Assembly: GCA_964509365.1 (NCBI GenBank)
Contig: CAZDWN010000002.1
Location: forward strand, 3,701 to 67,700
Reading direction: 5' to 3'
From: an uncultured Pseudomonadales bacterium
GTDB taxonomy: Bacteria; Patescibacteriota; Microgenomatia; UBA1400; UBA12028
DNA: 64,000 bases
Each line of letters opens with the position of its first letter. Positions within the stretch are counted from its first letter, which is position 1. The notes under the pieces were generated by a model. That model was given only the letters and a program-made list of their open reading frames with translations. It was not told where the DNA came from and did no database searches. Both the position numbers and the translations under genes were made by a program. Positions 1 through 9,241 of the stretch are shown piece after piece.

Positions 1-197
1 AGTTACGCTTCTTTCGACACTACATTCTAAGAAATAACGTTGTGAATTGTCATCCTGAGTATTCAAGCGCGAAGCGCGTGAAGATCGAAGGACAGTTTTC
101 GTTTGTTTTGGTCTCTGAAAACTATCTTTCGACTACCAGGCTCGTTCCTCGCTTGGTCGCTCAAGATGACATGAAACACAGATTTGAATTACAATCT

Positions 198-3152
198 TTA
201 CCAATACACGAGGGTGCGCCAATACTCACCGTTGATCGTCGCTGAGTGGCGCATGACGTAGACATACTCTAGGCCGTCGGTCGTGCCCACTGTGACTAGT
301 CGCTGTCCGACGAGCGCAGCACCCATACCAAATGGCACGGTCGAGCTCGCAACAATCTTGTTTAGGACAATATCAAAATACATCAGACGACCGGTCGCGT
401 CCTTCGTGAAGTAAATGCGGTCGCCACCGTTGTAGTCAAACATCGACCCCGTGGTGAATGTCTCCATTTGTGGTGATACAGACATGTACTCCCAAATATC
501 GTTGCAAATGTCATATCGCTCGATCGTCGGAGTCGCGTTGCCACGGAAACTGTACATGTACCGCGTTCTGTTCCCTGAAGTATCTGATGTGCCATATGCG
601 CGGAAGAGACATGTCCCCGGACCTTTGGTGTTACCTCCCAGGATGGCATACATCGTGTTGGCATCGGAGATCGTCAAAGCACCGTACGTCAGTAAGTTAT
701 TCGTGTTCTGAGAAATAGCAGCTTCTCCTCCGGCTCCGGCAGCGGTGAGCAGTTTGATACGCTTACCGACCAAGATACCTGAGGTCGTATTTCCTTGCCA
801 GTTTTGCGTCGTATCCTGCAGTGTCGTCGTCGCAAATGTACCGGTGGCGAGTCCAAAGTTTTCCATGATTTGATAGACTGTCGTGTTATCTGGCGTAAAT
901 CCGTACCCAGCCGTGGTGATCGTGTTTGCATCATTCGAAGTGATCACGATCTCATTAGCGGTCACGTCGTATCCTGTACCTGCCATAATTTTTATTTTGC
1001 GTCCTGTCCAGAAGTTTGGTGGCCAGTTTTTGCTGCTGTCGACAAGTGTCGTCGATGTACCACCGGTGGCGATTCCCCAGGACCATCGTTCTGGCGCTCG
1101 TTTGGTCGATTCTGTACCTAAAGCTCTTGGATCCATGATGACGTACTTCGTCTGTCCGGAGACGGGTGCGCCCCCAAATGCCAGACCGACCGTGATCGTG
1201 GTCGCTGTGTTGTCGGTGATACGTCGCATATAGGTAGTCGTCGTATTGATACCTGGCGCTGCGATTTGGATGATCTTCCCGATCAATTCTTTTGCTGCCC
1301 AGTTCTTACACACATCGACCAAGAGTGTAGTCGATTGCGCGACAAGTGTCGCTGCCTGAGATGCAGACGTCGCGAATGCAAATGTGTTCGCAGCGGGGAC
1401 AGCGATGATCGTCACGCTGCCATTGAAGTTTGTCGCCCCAGCAGTATCTCCAGAGATGACGACGACGTCTCCAATCTGGAAATTATGGTTGACACCTGTC
1501 GTCGCCGTACCAATTGTCCCAGCAGTGATGTTGATGACTGCACCGGTACCAGCTCCACCCGCATTGATGGTCGTCGCTGAAGTGCCCGTGGAGTAGCCGC
1601 TCCCTGGAGTCTCGAGTGCGATACTTGTGATCGCGCCCGTCGATGGCGTCACTCCAGTGACGCGAACCGTCCCCAGTGTCCCGGTTGTGGTCAAGTTTAA
1701 GATCGCGCCGACGATGTATCCTGTACCTGCTGTATTGACTGAGACTGCCGTCACACCGGTGGTGACTCTCGCGATACCCGATAGACCAATGCCTTGCTGC
1801 CCACCCATCTGCGCACAGAGACCTCGAGCCACGCCATAGTCAAATTGGCGACACATCGTCATTTGGTCAGAATCATTACTAAACATATACATTGCAGATG
1901 CGGCCGATCCAATAGCATATAACTTATCGGAATCGCCCAAGACCTCATATGTGCTACTGGCGGCGACTGGAGTTGTGTCCCAAGCACGCGTCGGAAAGAA
2001 CGTCGTTGCATTATTCGCCAAGATTGTGCGCACTTGCCCGACGCCTGTCCCTCCAGTGATCCGGATCATATAGTTTGCATACCGGTTGATGGCCAGGGCT
2101 TGATTGCTATCGACAAGAGTACGAGCACTCTGCGTACCAGTCGCAGTTCCGGTGATGAGTGGTGTCTCTTGCTCACCAACTTCTTCGAAGGCAAGATCAG
2201 TACCCAAAGCAGCAATCATCAAGGAGTTTTGAGTCCCTCGGTAGTACCATGTATCCGCAACAATATCGTAGTATTGAAGCGTGTAAAACGGCGCTGCAGC
2301 GGCGGAAGACAGGAGCCAGAGACCTCCACTTTCGATCACGAATCGAGACGTGTGATCTGGCGCGGTGGTGAAAGCCGAATCGACGGTGATGATTGAGCTT
2401 TCGATCTGGAATGTACTGGCGTTTGCCGCCGGGACATACGCAGCGAGATACGGTGCGTTATACCATTTCTCGTTGTAGGCACCGACGTTTGGATCGGAGA
2501 TCGTGAGCGTGTTTCCCGTATTGGTGAGAATTTTTCGGATCTGAGATTGTCCAGTACCGTACACGATGCGGACCTGGTAGTCAGTCCATTGATTGTATTT
2601 CCATGTCTGCAAGACATATCCAGAAGCTTGCTGCACCGTCCCATCGGTGAGTGTATGTGCGACAGTCGCAGTGCCTGCAGTAATCGCGGTGATAAACCCA
2701 GAGTCTTGGACGACAGGTTCCGCGACAGACAAAATCGTACGCTCCTGTCCCGCACCTGTGCCAGATAAGATTCTGATCTTATATCCTTTCAGAGTTTGCC
2801 CTGTGAGTCCGGCAATCTGCAATTGGACTTTGGTACTCCCGGAGTCAGGACAAGAGATCACGCGCCCATAATATCCGTGTGTTGGATTTCGAGCAAAATT
2901 TGCTACCGTAAGTGGTGCAGTCGTCGGTGACATCAGCTGTTCCCATGAGTCTGAATACGTATCATAGCGATACATGGCTGGAACAGTGCCAAAAAGAGTG
3001 TAAATATACCGATTCTGTCCAGGATAACGTGAATATGTATCTGATGGACCTGCGGCCTGTACAGTCAGAGCGGTGACTGCAGCTGGGGTGAATCGCATCC
3101 ATTCCCAGACCGGGAGATCGACTTGGACTTTGAGATTATTTGTGAGTGCCAT
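198..3152 (-). CDS. Large repeat protein, no signal peptide. Kelch-like blade motifs at both termini and about five internal '[KR]I[KR]I..GTG.GQ.RTI' repeats. Phage tail-fibre/receptor-binding-like or hypothetical
   Basis: 984-aa ORF. Repeated motifs read directly from the translation (KIRILSGTGAGQERTI, MIRITGGTGVGQVRTI, KIKIMAGTGYDV, KRIKLLTAAGAGGE). Terminal 'RYDxxxDxW' Kelch-like strings. Product assignment is inference. Confidence 0.55.
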   Translation of the reverse strand: MALTNNLKVQVDLPVWEWMRFTPAAVTALTVQAAGPSDTYSRYPGQNRYIYTLFGTVPAMYRYDTYSDSWEQLMSPTTAPLTVANFARNPTHGYYGRVISCPDSGSTKVQLQIAGLTGQTLKGYKIRILSGTGAGQERTILSVAEPVVQDSGFITAITAGTATVAHTLTDGTVQQASGYVLQTWKYNQWTDYQVRIVYGTGQSQIRKILTNTGNTLTISDPNVGAYNEKWYNAPYLAAYVPAANASTFQIESSIITVDSAFTTAPDHTSRFVIESGGLWLLSSAAAAPFYTLQYYDIVADTWYYRGTQNSLMIAALGTDLAFEEVGEQETPLITGTATGTQSARTLVDSNQALAINRYANYMIRITGGTGVGQVRTILANNATTFFPTRAWDTTPVAASSTYEVLGDSDKLYAIGSAASAMYMFSNDSDQMTMCRQFDYGVARGLCAQMGGQQGIGLSGIARVTTGVTAVSVNTAGTGYIVGAILNLTTTGTLGTVRVTGVTPSTGAITSIALETPGSGYSTGTSATTINAGGAGTGAVINITAGTIGTATTGVNHNFQIGDVVVISGDTAGATNFNGSVTIIAVPAANTFAFATSASQAATLVAQSTTLLVDVCKNWAAKELIGKIIQIAAPGINTTTTYMRRITDNTATTITVGLAFGGAPVSGQTKYVIMDPRALGTESTKRAPERWSWGIATGGTSTTLVDSSKNWPPNFWTGRKIKIMAGTGYDVTANEIVITSNDANTITTAGYGFTPDNTTVYQIMENFGLATGTFATTTLQDTTQNWQGNTTSGILVGKRIKLLTAAGAGGEAAISQNTNNLLTYGALTISDANTMYAILGGNTKGPGTCLFRAYGTSDTSGNRTRYMYSFRGNATPTIERYDICNDIWEYMSVSPQMETFTTGSMFDYNGGDRIYFTKDATGRLMYFDIVLNKIVASSTVPFGMGAALVGQRLVTVGTTDGLEYVYVMRHSATINGEYWRTLVYW

Positions 3153-3524
3153 TTAACTCCAACTTAACTTACTACGGATACCGTTTGAATAGGTGTTTCT
3201 GGCGATGTCGATAAGCGAGAAGCGACTATCGATGATGTTTGCTGCGGCTGTCGCCTGTCCGCCAAAGCCGACCACGACTTGCCCCATGTTTACAGTCGAC
3301 GCCACAGCTGTCGAGTTTGCCGCGACTGTACCGGACGCTGTTACCAATAAGTTGGCTGCAGTCCCTTGCTCGACAATGACACGCTGGCGCTGACTCGAGT
3401 CTGTGACGGCGCTACTCTCCAATAATTTTGCGATGCGACGAAGTAAAATGATGGTTTCGTCTTGGACTGGATTGATTGCGGTGCCTGCAGCATTACTGAC
3501 ACGCGTTTGATCAAAATACGACAT
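3153..3524 (-). CDS. Hypothetical 123-aa protein, Ala/Thr/Val-rich, co-oriented with the large repeat protein
   Basis: ORF immediately upstream of (1-nt gap) the 198..3152 gene. No recognisable domain. Confidence 0.45.
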   Translation of the reverse strand: MSYFDQTRVSNAAGTAINPVQDETIILLRRIAKLLESSAVTDSSQRQRVIVEQGTAANLLVTASGTVAANSTAVASTVNMGQVVVGFGGQATAAANIIDSRFSLIDIARNTYSNGIRSKLSWS

Positions 3525-3562
3525 AACTCAACAATACAACATAATTGTTGAGCTTTTCAATC

Positions 3563-3934
3563 TCAAATAATAAACCAACTCGTTCCATTGGAGATGATAT
3601 CCATGGCTGAATACTGAAACGCGATGATGGCAGTCAGATCGCCATCGATCGTCTCACTGCCATTTCCATCGACAGTGACCGTATTGACTGAAGAATCTAT
3701 TTTCTTTATTTGGTAGATCTGATTGGGGTAACTTGCCGCTGCAGGAAGCGTGATCGTGATCGGTGCTGAAGCTGCGTTTACCAAAACAGTTGCGATCGAG
3801 CTGAGCGTAGTGTCTGTGCTGACCGTCGTGATGCTCGTAGTGACGAGGGTTCCGCCCCCAGGGAAAATAATGTCACTAGAAACGTGGGTATGCGAGAGGG
3901 GTTTCCCGAGGATTTTATCTATAGTCACGGCCAT
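3563..3934 (-). CDS. Hypothetical 123-aa Thr/Ser/Val-rich beta-rich protein, phage fibre-like
   Basis: ORF at the head of a three-gene minus-strand cluster. Motif 'ITITLPAAASYPNQIYQIKKIDSSVNTVTVDGNGSETIDGD' resembles small phage structural proteins. Inference only. Confidence 0.45.
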   Translation of the reverse strand: MAVTIDKILGKPLSHTHVSSDIIFPGGGTLVTTSITTVSTDTTLSSIATVLVNAASAPITITLPAAASYPNQIYQIKKIDSSVNTVTVDGNGSETIDGDLTAIIAFQYSAMDIISNGTSWFII

Positions 3935-3962
3935 ATACTGATCATATACTAAGCTCTACCAT

Positions 3963-4670
3963 ATGGAAAATGATGAGATTGGCGCCTTTATCGAAAAGTA
4001 TCAACCGTATTTTTATGAAGTCAGGATTCACTTGATTATCACCGTGATCTTGTTCGTGATCGGCTGTGTCGTTGGATTATTTTTCAGTCAAAATATTTTG
4101 GGATTTTTGCTATCGCTGTTTCATTTTGACGGGATTCATATCGTCACGACGTCGCCATATCAGTTTATCGATATTTCGTTGACGATTAGTTTCATCTTGG
4201 GAGTCATTTTCGCTACTCCCTATGCAGTCTTTCGCCTGTATCACTTTGTCCGACCTGCCCTGCGCACGCATGAACGACGATTTATACTCGCGTTCTTTCC
4301 GCTCGCGATCGGACTCTTTGCCGCTGGTTTTTACTTTGGTCTCTGGATCATGCAGCTCGTGATCAATCTGTATGTGCATATCAATAGCAGCTTCTCGATC
4401 AGCAGTTTTTGGGATGTGCAGCACTTTCTCTCGCAAATTTTGTTTACCTCTTTTTTGACTGGGATCGTGTTTGAGATTCCGATCGTCATTAGTGCACTGA
4501 TCAGACTTCACATCTTTTCTTATCATGATTTTGCCAAGCGGCGAAAAGTCGTGTACGCGATCCTCGTGGTCGTTGCGATCCTCTTGCCGACGACTGATTT
4601 TTTATCCCTTGTTCTTGAGACTTTGCCCCTTTTCTTTTTATTCGAGTTGGGGCTATTATTAAATAGATGA
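3963..4670 (+). CDS. tatC: Twin-arginine translocase subunit TatC
   Basis: 235-aa polytopic membrane protein with TatC-like helices and conserved 'ISFILGVIFATPY...FLTGIVFEIPIV' regions. Followed directly by tatA. Confidence 0.8.
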   Translation: MENDEIGAFIEKYQPYFYEVRIHLIITVILFVIGCVVGLFFSQNILGFLLSLFHFDGIHIVTTSPYQFIDISLTISFILGVIFATPYAVFRLYHFVRPALRTHERRFILAFFPLAIGLFAAGFYFGLWIMQLVINLYVHINSSFSISSFWDVQHFLSQILFTSFLTGIVFEIPIVISALIRLHIFSYHDFAKRRKVVYAILVVVAILLPTTDFLSLVLETLPLFFLFELGLLLNR

Positions 4671-4696
4671 GCTTATACTAAAAGAGAGGAAACCCT

Positions 4697-4879
4697 ATGG
4701 GATTTTTAGAAAATATTGGTACACCAGAAATAATTATTCTCGCAGTCGTTCTATTGATCTTGTTTGGACCAAAGAAGCTCCCAGAATTTGCCAAAGGTTT
4801 GGCTGATGCTGCTCGAGAGATCGTGAAAGCATTCAAAGGTGAAGGCGGATCAGACACCAAAGTCGCGAAAAAAGAATAA
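4697..4879 (+). CDS. tatA: Twin-arginine translocase TatA/E
   Basis: 60 aa, single TM then 'LLILFGPKKLPE' hinge/amphipathic helix hallmark of TatA. RBS-like AGAGAGG upstream. Confidence 0.85.
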   Translation: MGFLENIGTPEIIILAVVLLILFGPKKLPEFAKGLADAAREIVKAFKGEGGSDTKVAKKE

Positions 4880-4887
4880 AATCGACG

Positions 4888-7800
4888 ATGCCCTATAGTA
4901 GGTTGAAAAAAACTATCTGCGCTTGGATTGCGATCCTGGCCATCGTTTGTTCTACGCGCCCGTTTCAAGTATTGGCAGCTGGCACCAGCTACCAAGTTTG
5001 TAAAACAGCGGCCAATTGTACGGTGGGTGAGTATCTCTACGATGACTCCTACACCCCGATCACTTCTGCGACGTGCACGCTCACCAGTCGCAATACTGAT
5101 GGAACTCTGTATCACTCCAGTGTCGCGATGACGTCTGCGGCAGAAAATGATGGATGGTATTCGTACACGTTTGACACAACTGGAAAAGCTGAAGGCATCT
5201 ATCGCGCTCAAGTGTGTTGTACAAGTGGCAGTGACTACCTGTGCTTGGACAAGACATTTCAGATCAGTAGTACCAGTGCTCCGACGGCCGCCGAAGTGGC
5301 GTCGACAGTCTGGGATACGTCGGTCGCCTCTCATACTGTCGCGGGTTCGTTTGGCGCCAACCTCCAATCGCCAGCTCCTAGTGCCAGCGATATCTGGAAT
5401 TATTCCGGACGAAGTTTGACGACGTACGGCTCGCTCATCGCTGACATGTGGAGTTATTCGGGACGTTCTCTCACGAACTTCGGGACATTAATAGCTGATA
5501 TTTGGAGCAACGCGACCAGGACACTCACAGCGGGAATACTTTCCAATGGGACGCATATTGCGACGCAAGAAGACGTCCAGCTTGCGACTGACTCTGCCGT
5601 CGTCTCTATAAAGGGCGCTTCCAACAAAGATTTGACTCAAGTCGGTACGCAAGTGGCCGGAGTCCAATCGACCGCAGATACAATCAATGGCAAAGTAGAC
5701 ACATTGACGACGAGTGTCGGCACACTCAATACAAACATTTCTACCATCCTCACCAAGTGGGGATCCTATTCGGCTGCCGATATTTTGACCGCGGTCAATG
5801 GAGTCTCGACGACGATCGGGACCACCCTTGATACCTGTAGCAACAACACGGTATTTGGAAATGCCTACTGTGCGAAGTCAAAATGGGGAGTGGAGACTTC
5901 TTCCACACTTTTGACCGCGACGAACAATGTCGCGACGACGGCAGCTGCCCTACGAGCCGAACTTGCCTACAACGGCAAATCCACGACAGCGTATGAAGAC
6001 ATGCAGACACTGCTTACGAATTTGGGTACGGTATCTACTGGCGTCGGATCAGTGACTACCGCAATCAGTGGTGTCGATACCAAAGTCGATGCCGTCGCGC
6101 TCCAAGTCTTAGGCGTGCAAACGACTTCAAACACCATCAATGGGAAAGTCGATACTCTCATTTCGACGACAAATACGATCAATACGACGACGAGTACTGG
6201 TAGCGCTGCACTCGCGACTATCAATGCAAAGCTGGATTCCTTGGGGACAAAAGTCGATACACTGACGACCAATGTGACGACATTACTTGACAAGTGGGGA
6301 GCATACTCGGCAAGCGACATCTTCACGATTGTGTCGAGCCTCCAGACAAGTATTGGAACCAATAGCGACAGTTGTTTGTCGACGAGTTTATTTGGCTATG
6401 CGCGCTGTGCCAAAGAAAAATGGGGAACTGCGACGGCAGATGATTTGTTGACCGCCACGACTACTGTCGGTTCGACTGCCACTGCGCTACGAAATGAGCT
6501 TGCGTACAATGGCAAGTCGACGACCGCCTACGAAGATCTTCAAACGCTGTTGGCAAATTTAAGTTCGGTCTCGACGAATGTTAATACTGTTCACACGCAA
6601 GTGACCGGAATTGACACCAAGATGGATACGGTGACGGCCGACGTTCTCGGAATTAGTACGCAAGTCAGTACGGTCTCAGCGAAGATCGATGTGTTGACGA
6701 CCAAAGTCGACAACCTGGCGACGAGTGTGAGTGGCGTCGCCACCAATGTGACCTCGCTGCTCTCGCATTGGTCGACGTACACGATGAGTGATGTCATCAC
6801 AAAATTGACTTCGCTTGAGACGAGCCTCGGGACCTCATCGAACACTTGTGTCGATTTGACTGTCTTTGGTTATTTGACCTGCGTCGAAAACAATGGAGGT
6901 GGAGGTGGTGGAGGAAATGATGCCGCCATTCTCGCGGCTGCCACTGCTGCAGCGGCCGATGCTGCGGCTTTGCGTACGGAGCTTGATTACAATGGCAAGT
7001 CGACGACTGCATATGCCGATCTTCAAAATCTCAAGTCAAATATTACCACCATGCAGACGTTGATCGGTGGTAGTAGCGATGCCTCGAGTGCGACGACCTT
7101 ATTTGGGAGGATCAAAGATGTCCGTGAGACGATCGCCAATCTTGATACTTCTGGAGCGGGTCTTTCTGATCTGCTGGCCAAATGGGGGGATACCTCAGCC
7201 ACTGAGATCTACTCAAAAGTGAAAGATCTGTCAGAAAAAATTGATGCGGTGAATACGGTGTCTGATGTCTCGTCGATTCTAACGCTTTCCAAGGCAAATG
7301 CGGATGACATGCTCGTCCTCAAAAACAAAGTCTTAGAGCTTCGAGCGCTGACGCAACTCAATAAGACACTGCTGCAAGATGGCGCGACCAAGCCGGTTGT
7401 ACAGCTGTGGATGGAAGAAGGAAGTATCATCTTCAAAACTTTGATCACGAATCCTTCGAGCAGTAGTCAATCAGTCCCTGTGAAGTTTTACTTGCCGAAA
7501 GAAGCTGGCGAAAAAGACATCATGAAAATCGACACTGAGCTGACGGCGCATTATGATCCGGATCAAGACGCAGTCTACGTCGGCGGCAACTTCACCTTGG
7601 CGTCACATCAGACAAAGATCGTTTCGATTGAAGTGACTGATATCTGGAAAGTGACCGATGCCGAATTGTTGTCTTTACGTACGCAAGCAGACGAGTTGTT
7701 TAAACCTCTTGAAAAGACTTCGTACTTTGCGCAAGGGTCTACTCTCAAGTCTGATATCACTGCTGCCCTCGACACCGCCAAGCAAGTGCAAGCAGACGCC

Positions 7801-8826
7801 AAGACGCCAGAAGCGCGTATCAAAGCGTATAGAGATGCGACGTCCCAAGTGAAACGAGCGAAAGAAGATATGGCAAGTATGAAGACGTTGGTGACGCAAG
7901 CAGGTTCCGCAGGCTCCCTGCTCGGTTCGGTTGGCGGGATTCAAACCGTCGGGACTTGGGGTCTCATCATCATCTTGACGACCGGATTCGTCTTCTTAGC
8001 ACTCTACATGCGATTGTTGACGCAACAAATCCAAGCGCATCATGCGCAGCCAGTGAAAAAAACAGAAGCAGCATCCGCGGCACAATCTGCTCCTTCAAAT
8101 AAATTGGCATTCGTATTTCCAAATATTCCACCGGAAACGCGATTTATTGGGATGCTATTGATCGCGATTGTGGTCGCTGGTCTCGTGATCGCAATTGCTC
8201 TCAAGTCAAATTTCTTGCAGTCAAGTCGCATTGTACAGCCGACTCCGACACCGAAAGTACATGAGATCAGTGAGTCGCATCGCTCTCCTTCACCGAGTCC
8301 AAAGAGTACCGAACGTCTCGTCAAAGCACTTGAGAAGTATGGAGACTCCGTGAATTTGCGAGAAGGTCCTGGCAAGGAATTTGCTCTGGTCGGCACGATG
8401 AAAAAAGGCCAGTCCTATCCAGTCCTCGATACCTTGACCGACAAAACAAAGACGGTCTGGCTTGAGCTTTCGCAAGCTGCTACGAAAAAGGCATGGGTTT
8501 CCTCAGCATTTGTCGAAGACGTGGCTCAAATGTCGTCCACCTCAGGGTCAGGTGACGTCATGCTCAAAGACCAAAAACAGGTACTTGGCATCGCGACGGA
8601 ATCGAATCTTCCGAGCTACACGATCAATGAAGACAACGTAAAGCTTCGCATCCAACCAATTCCTGATTTTCGTTTTAAGATGATCTTAAGCAAAGGGATG
8701 AGAGTGACCAAGATCGGTGAAGAAAAAGAGTGGACCAATGTCGAGGTCTCGTATCAGGAAGGTCAATCGACCGTCGGGATCGATGGATGGGTGAAGACGG
8801 ATTATCTGGACAGGGCCGGCCTATGA
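4888..8826 (+). CDS. Giant secreted/membrane-anchored surface protein: signal peptide, ~1000-aa Thr/Ser-rich ectodomain with three tandem ~160-180-aa repeats, poly-Gly hinge, coiled-coil region, two TM helices, two C-terminal SH3b-like domains
   Basis: 1312-aa ORF. N-terminal hydrophobic signal. Repeats each contain 'KWGxYSxxDI...C...FGxxxC...ELAYNGKSTTAYEDxQTLL'. TM helices near aa 1020-1090. 'VNLREGPGKEFALVGTMKKGQSYPVLD' and 'MRVTKIGEEKEWTNVEVSYQEGQSTVGIDGWVKTDYL' look like bacterial SH3 domains. Confidence 0.8.
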   Translation: MPYSRLKKTICAWIAILAIVCSTRPFQVLAAGTSYQVCKTAANCTVGEYLYDDSYTPITSATCTLTSRNTDGTLYHSSVAMTSAAENDGWYSYTFDTTGKAEGIYRAQVCCTSGSDYLCLDKTFQISSTSAPTAAEVASTVWDTSVASHTVAGSFGANLQSPAPSASDIWNYSGRSLTTYGSLIADMWSYSGRSLTNFGTLIADIWSNATRTLTAGILSNGTHIATQEDVQLATDSAVVSIKGASNKDLTQVGTQVAGVQSTADTINGKVDTLTTSVGTLNTNISTILTKWGSYSAADILTAVNGVSTTIGTTLDTCSNNTVFGNAYCAKSKWGVETSSTLLTATNNVATTAAALRAELAYNGKSTTAYEDMQTLLTNLGTVSTGVGSVTTAISGVDTKVDAVALQVLGVQTTSNTINGKVDTLISTTNTINTTTSTGSAALATINAKLDSLGTKVDTLTTNVTTLLDKWGAYSASDIFTIVSSLQTSIGTNSDSCLSTSLFGYARCAKEKWGTATADDLLTATTTVGSTATALRNELAYNGKSTTAYEDLQTLLANLSSVSTNVNTVHTQVTGIDTKMDTVTADVLGISTQVSTVSAKIDVLTTKVDNLATSVSGVATNVTSLLSHWSTYTMSDVITKLTSLETSLGTSSNTCVDLTVFGYLTCVENNGGGGGGGNDAAILAAATAAAADAAALRTELDYNGKSTTAYADLQNLKSNITTMQTLIGGSSDASSATTLFGRIKDVRETIANLDTSGAGLSDLLAKWGDTSATEIYSKVKDLSEKIDAVNTVSDVSSILTLSKANADDMLVLKNKVLELRALTQLNKTLLQDGATKPVVQLWMEEGSIIFKTLITNPSSSSQSVPVKFYLPKEAGEKDIMKIDTELTAHYDPDQDAVYVGGNFTLASHQTKIVSIEVTDIWKVTDAELLSLRTQADELFKPLEKTSYFAQGSTLKSDITAALDTAKQVQADAKTPEARIKAYRDATSQVKRAKEDMASMKTLVTQAGSAGSLLGSVGGIQTVGTWGLIIILTTGFVFLALYMRLLTQQIQAHHAQPVKKTEAASAAQSAPSNKLAFVFPNIPPETRFIGMLLIAIVVAGLVIAIALKSNFLQSSRIVQPTPTPKVHEISESHRSPSPSPKSTERLVKALEKYGDSVNLREGPGKEFALVGTMKKGQSYPVLDTLTDKTKTVWLELSQAATKKAWVSSAFVEDVAQMSSTSGSGDVMLKDQKQVLGIATESNLPSYTINEDNVKLRIQPIPDFRFKMILSKGMRVTKIGEEKEWTNVEVSYQEGQSTVGIDGWVKTDYLDRAGL
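5386..5535 (+). repeat. Three short in-frame repeats 'SxSGRSLT(T/N)(Y/F)G(S/T)LIAD(M/I)WS' inside the giant protein
   Basis: Read directly in translation: SASDIWNYSGRSLTTYGSLIADMWSYSGRSLTNFGTLIADIWSNATRTLTAG. Confidence 0.7.
5755..7032 (+). repeat. Three tandem coding repeats (units starting near 5755, 6292, 6766) each with a conserved Cys pair and 'AYNGKSTTAYEDxQTLL' motif. Poly-Gly run encoded at 6895..6915
   Basis: Protein-level tandem repeat seen in the ORF translation. Unit boundaries approximate. Confidence 0.75.
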
Positions 8827-9221
8827 CGGAGACGATTCTCGCTCTCATGTTTGCGTTTGCACTTCCCTTACCGCTCCTCTTTCTTGAAGCGATTGCTCCT
8901 GTGCCATTCTTGATCGAAGAGATGGTTATGGCCATTTTGATACTATTTATTGTCCGCTCTTCGATTGAGGAGCGATGGAAGTTGCCTGCCGTGGTCCTTG
9001 CCGGATTCCTCTTTAGTATCTCTGAGACGATGTTTTACTTGATCAACTATTTGTCTATCGGACAATCGTATTTGGTATTCATCCGATTCTTATTCACTGG
9101 GAGCATGCATGTGCTGACGACCATCGTGATCTATCTCTTTGCGCGAAAGCGAGGCTATAGTGTCCTCATCGGACTCATTCTCGCGATCTTGATCCATTTT
9201 GTCTTCAATACCTTGATTTAA
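8823..9221 (+). CDS. Small polytopic membrane protein (about 4 TM), translationally coupled to the giant surface protein
   Basis: ATG at 8823 overlaps the TGA stop of 4888..8826 (ATGA). Hydrophobic helices throughout. The longer upstream extension from 8730 rejected. Confidence 0.55.
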   Translation: MTETILALMFAFALPLPLLFLEAIAPVPFLIEEMVMAILILFIVRSSIEERWKLPAVVLAGFLFSISETMFYLINYLSIGQSYLVFIRFLFTGSMHVLTTIVIYLFARKRGYSVLIGLILAILIHFVFNTLI

Positions 9222-9241
9222 AGTGTTAGAATCACGATTCT

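Noticed and set aside
383-3152. Numerous 60-140-aa ORFs inside and antisense to the large genes (e.g. 383..664, 2336..2755, 5967..6362, 6591..6845, 19445..19933, 49288..49851)
   Set aside because: Embedded in or antisense to long ORFs with clear domain content. Cys/Arg-rich, low-complexity translations typical of shadow frames.
1-3934. Complete prophage at the window start
   Set aside because: Only fibre-like structural candidates are present. There is no integrase, terminase, portal, capsid or lysis gene within the window, and the cluster abuts tatCA.
8730-8822. Upstream extension of the small membrane-protein ORF overlapping the 3' end of the giant surface protein
   Set aside because: The extension is in a different frame within the giant gene. 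An ATG at 8823 overlapping the TGA stop gives a classic ATGA coupled start.
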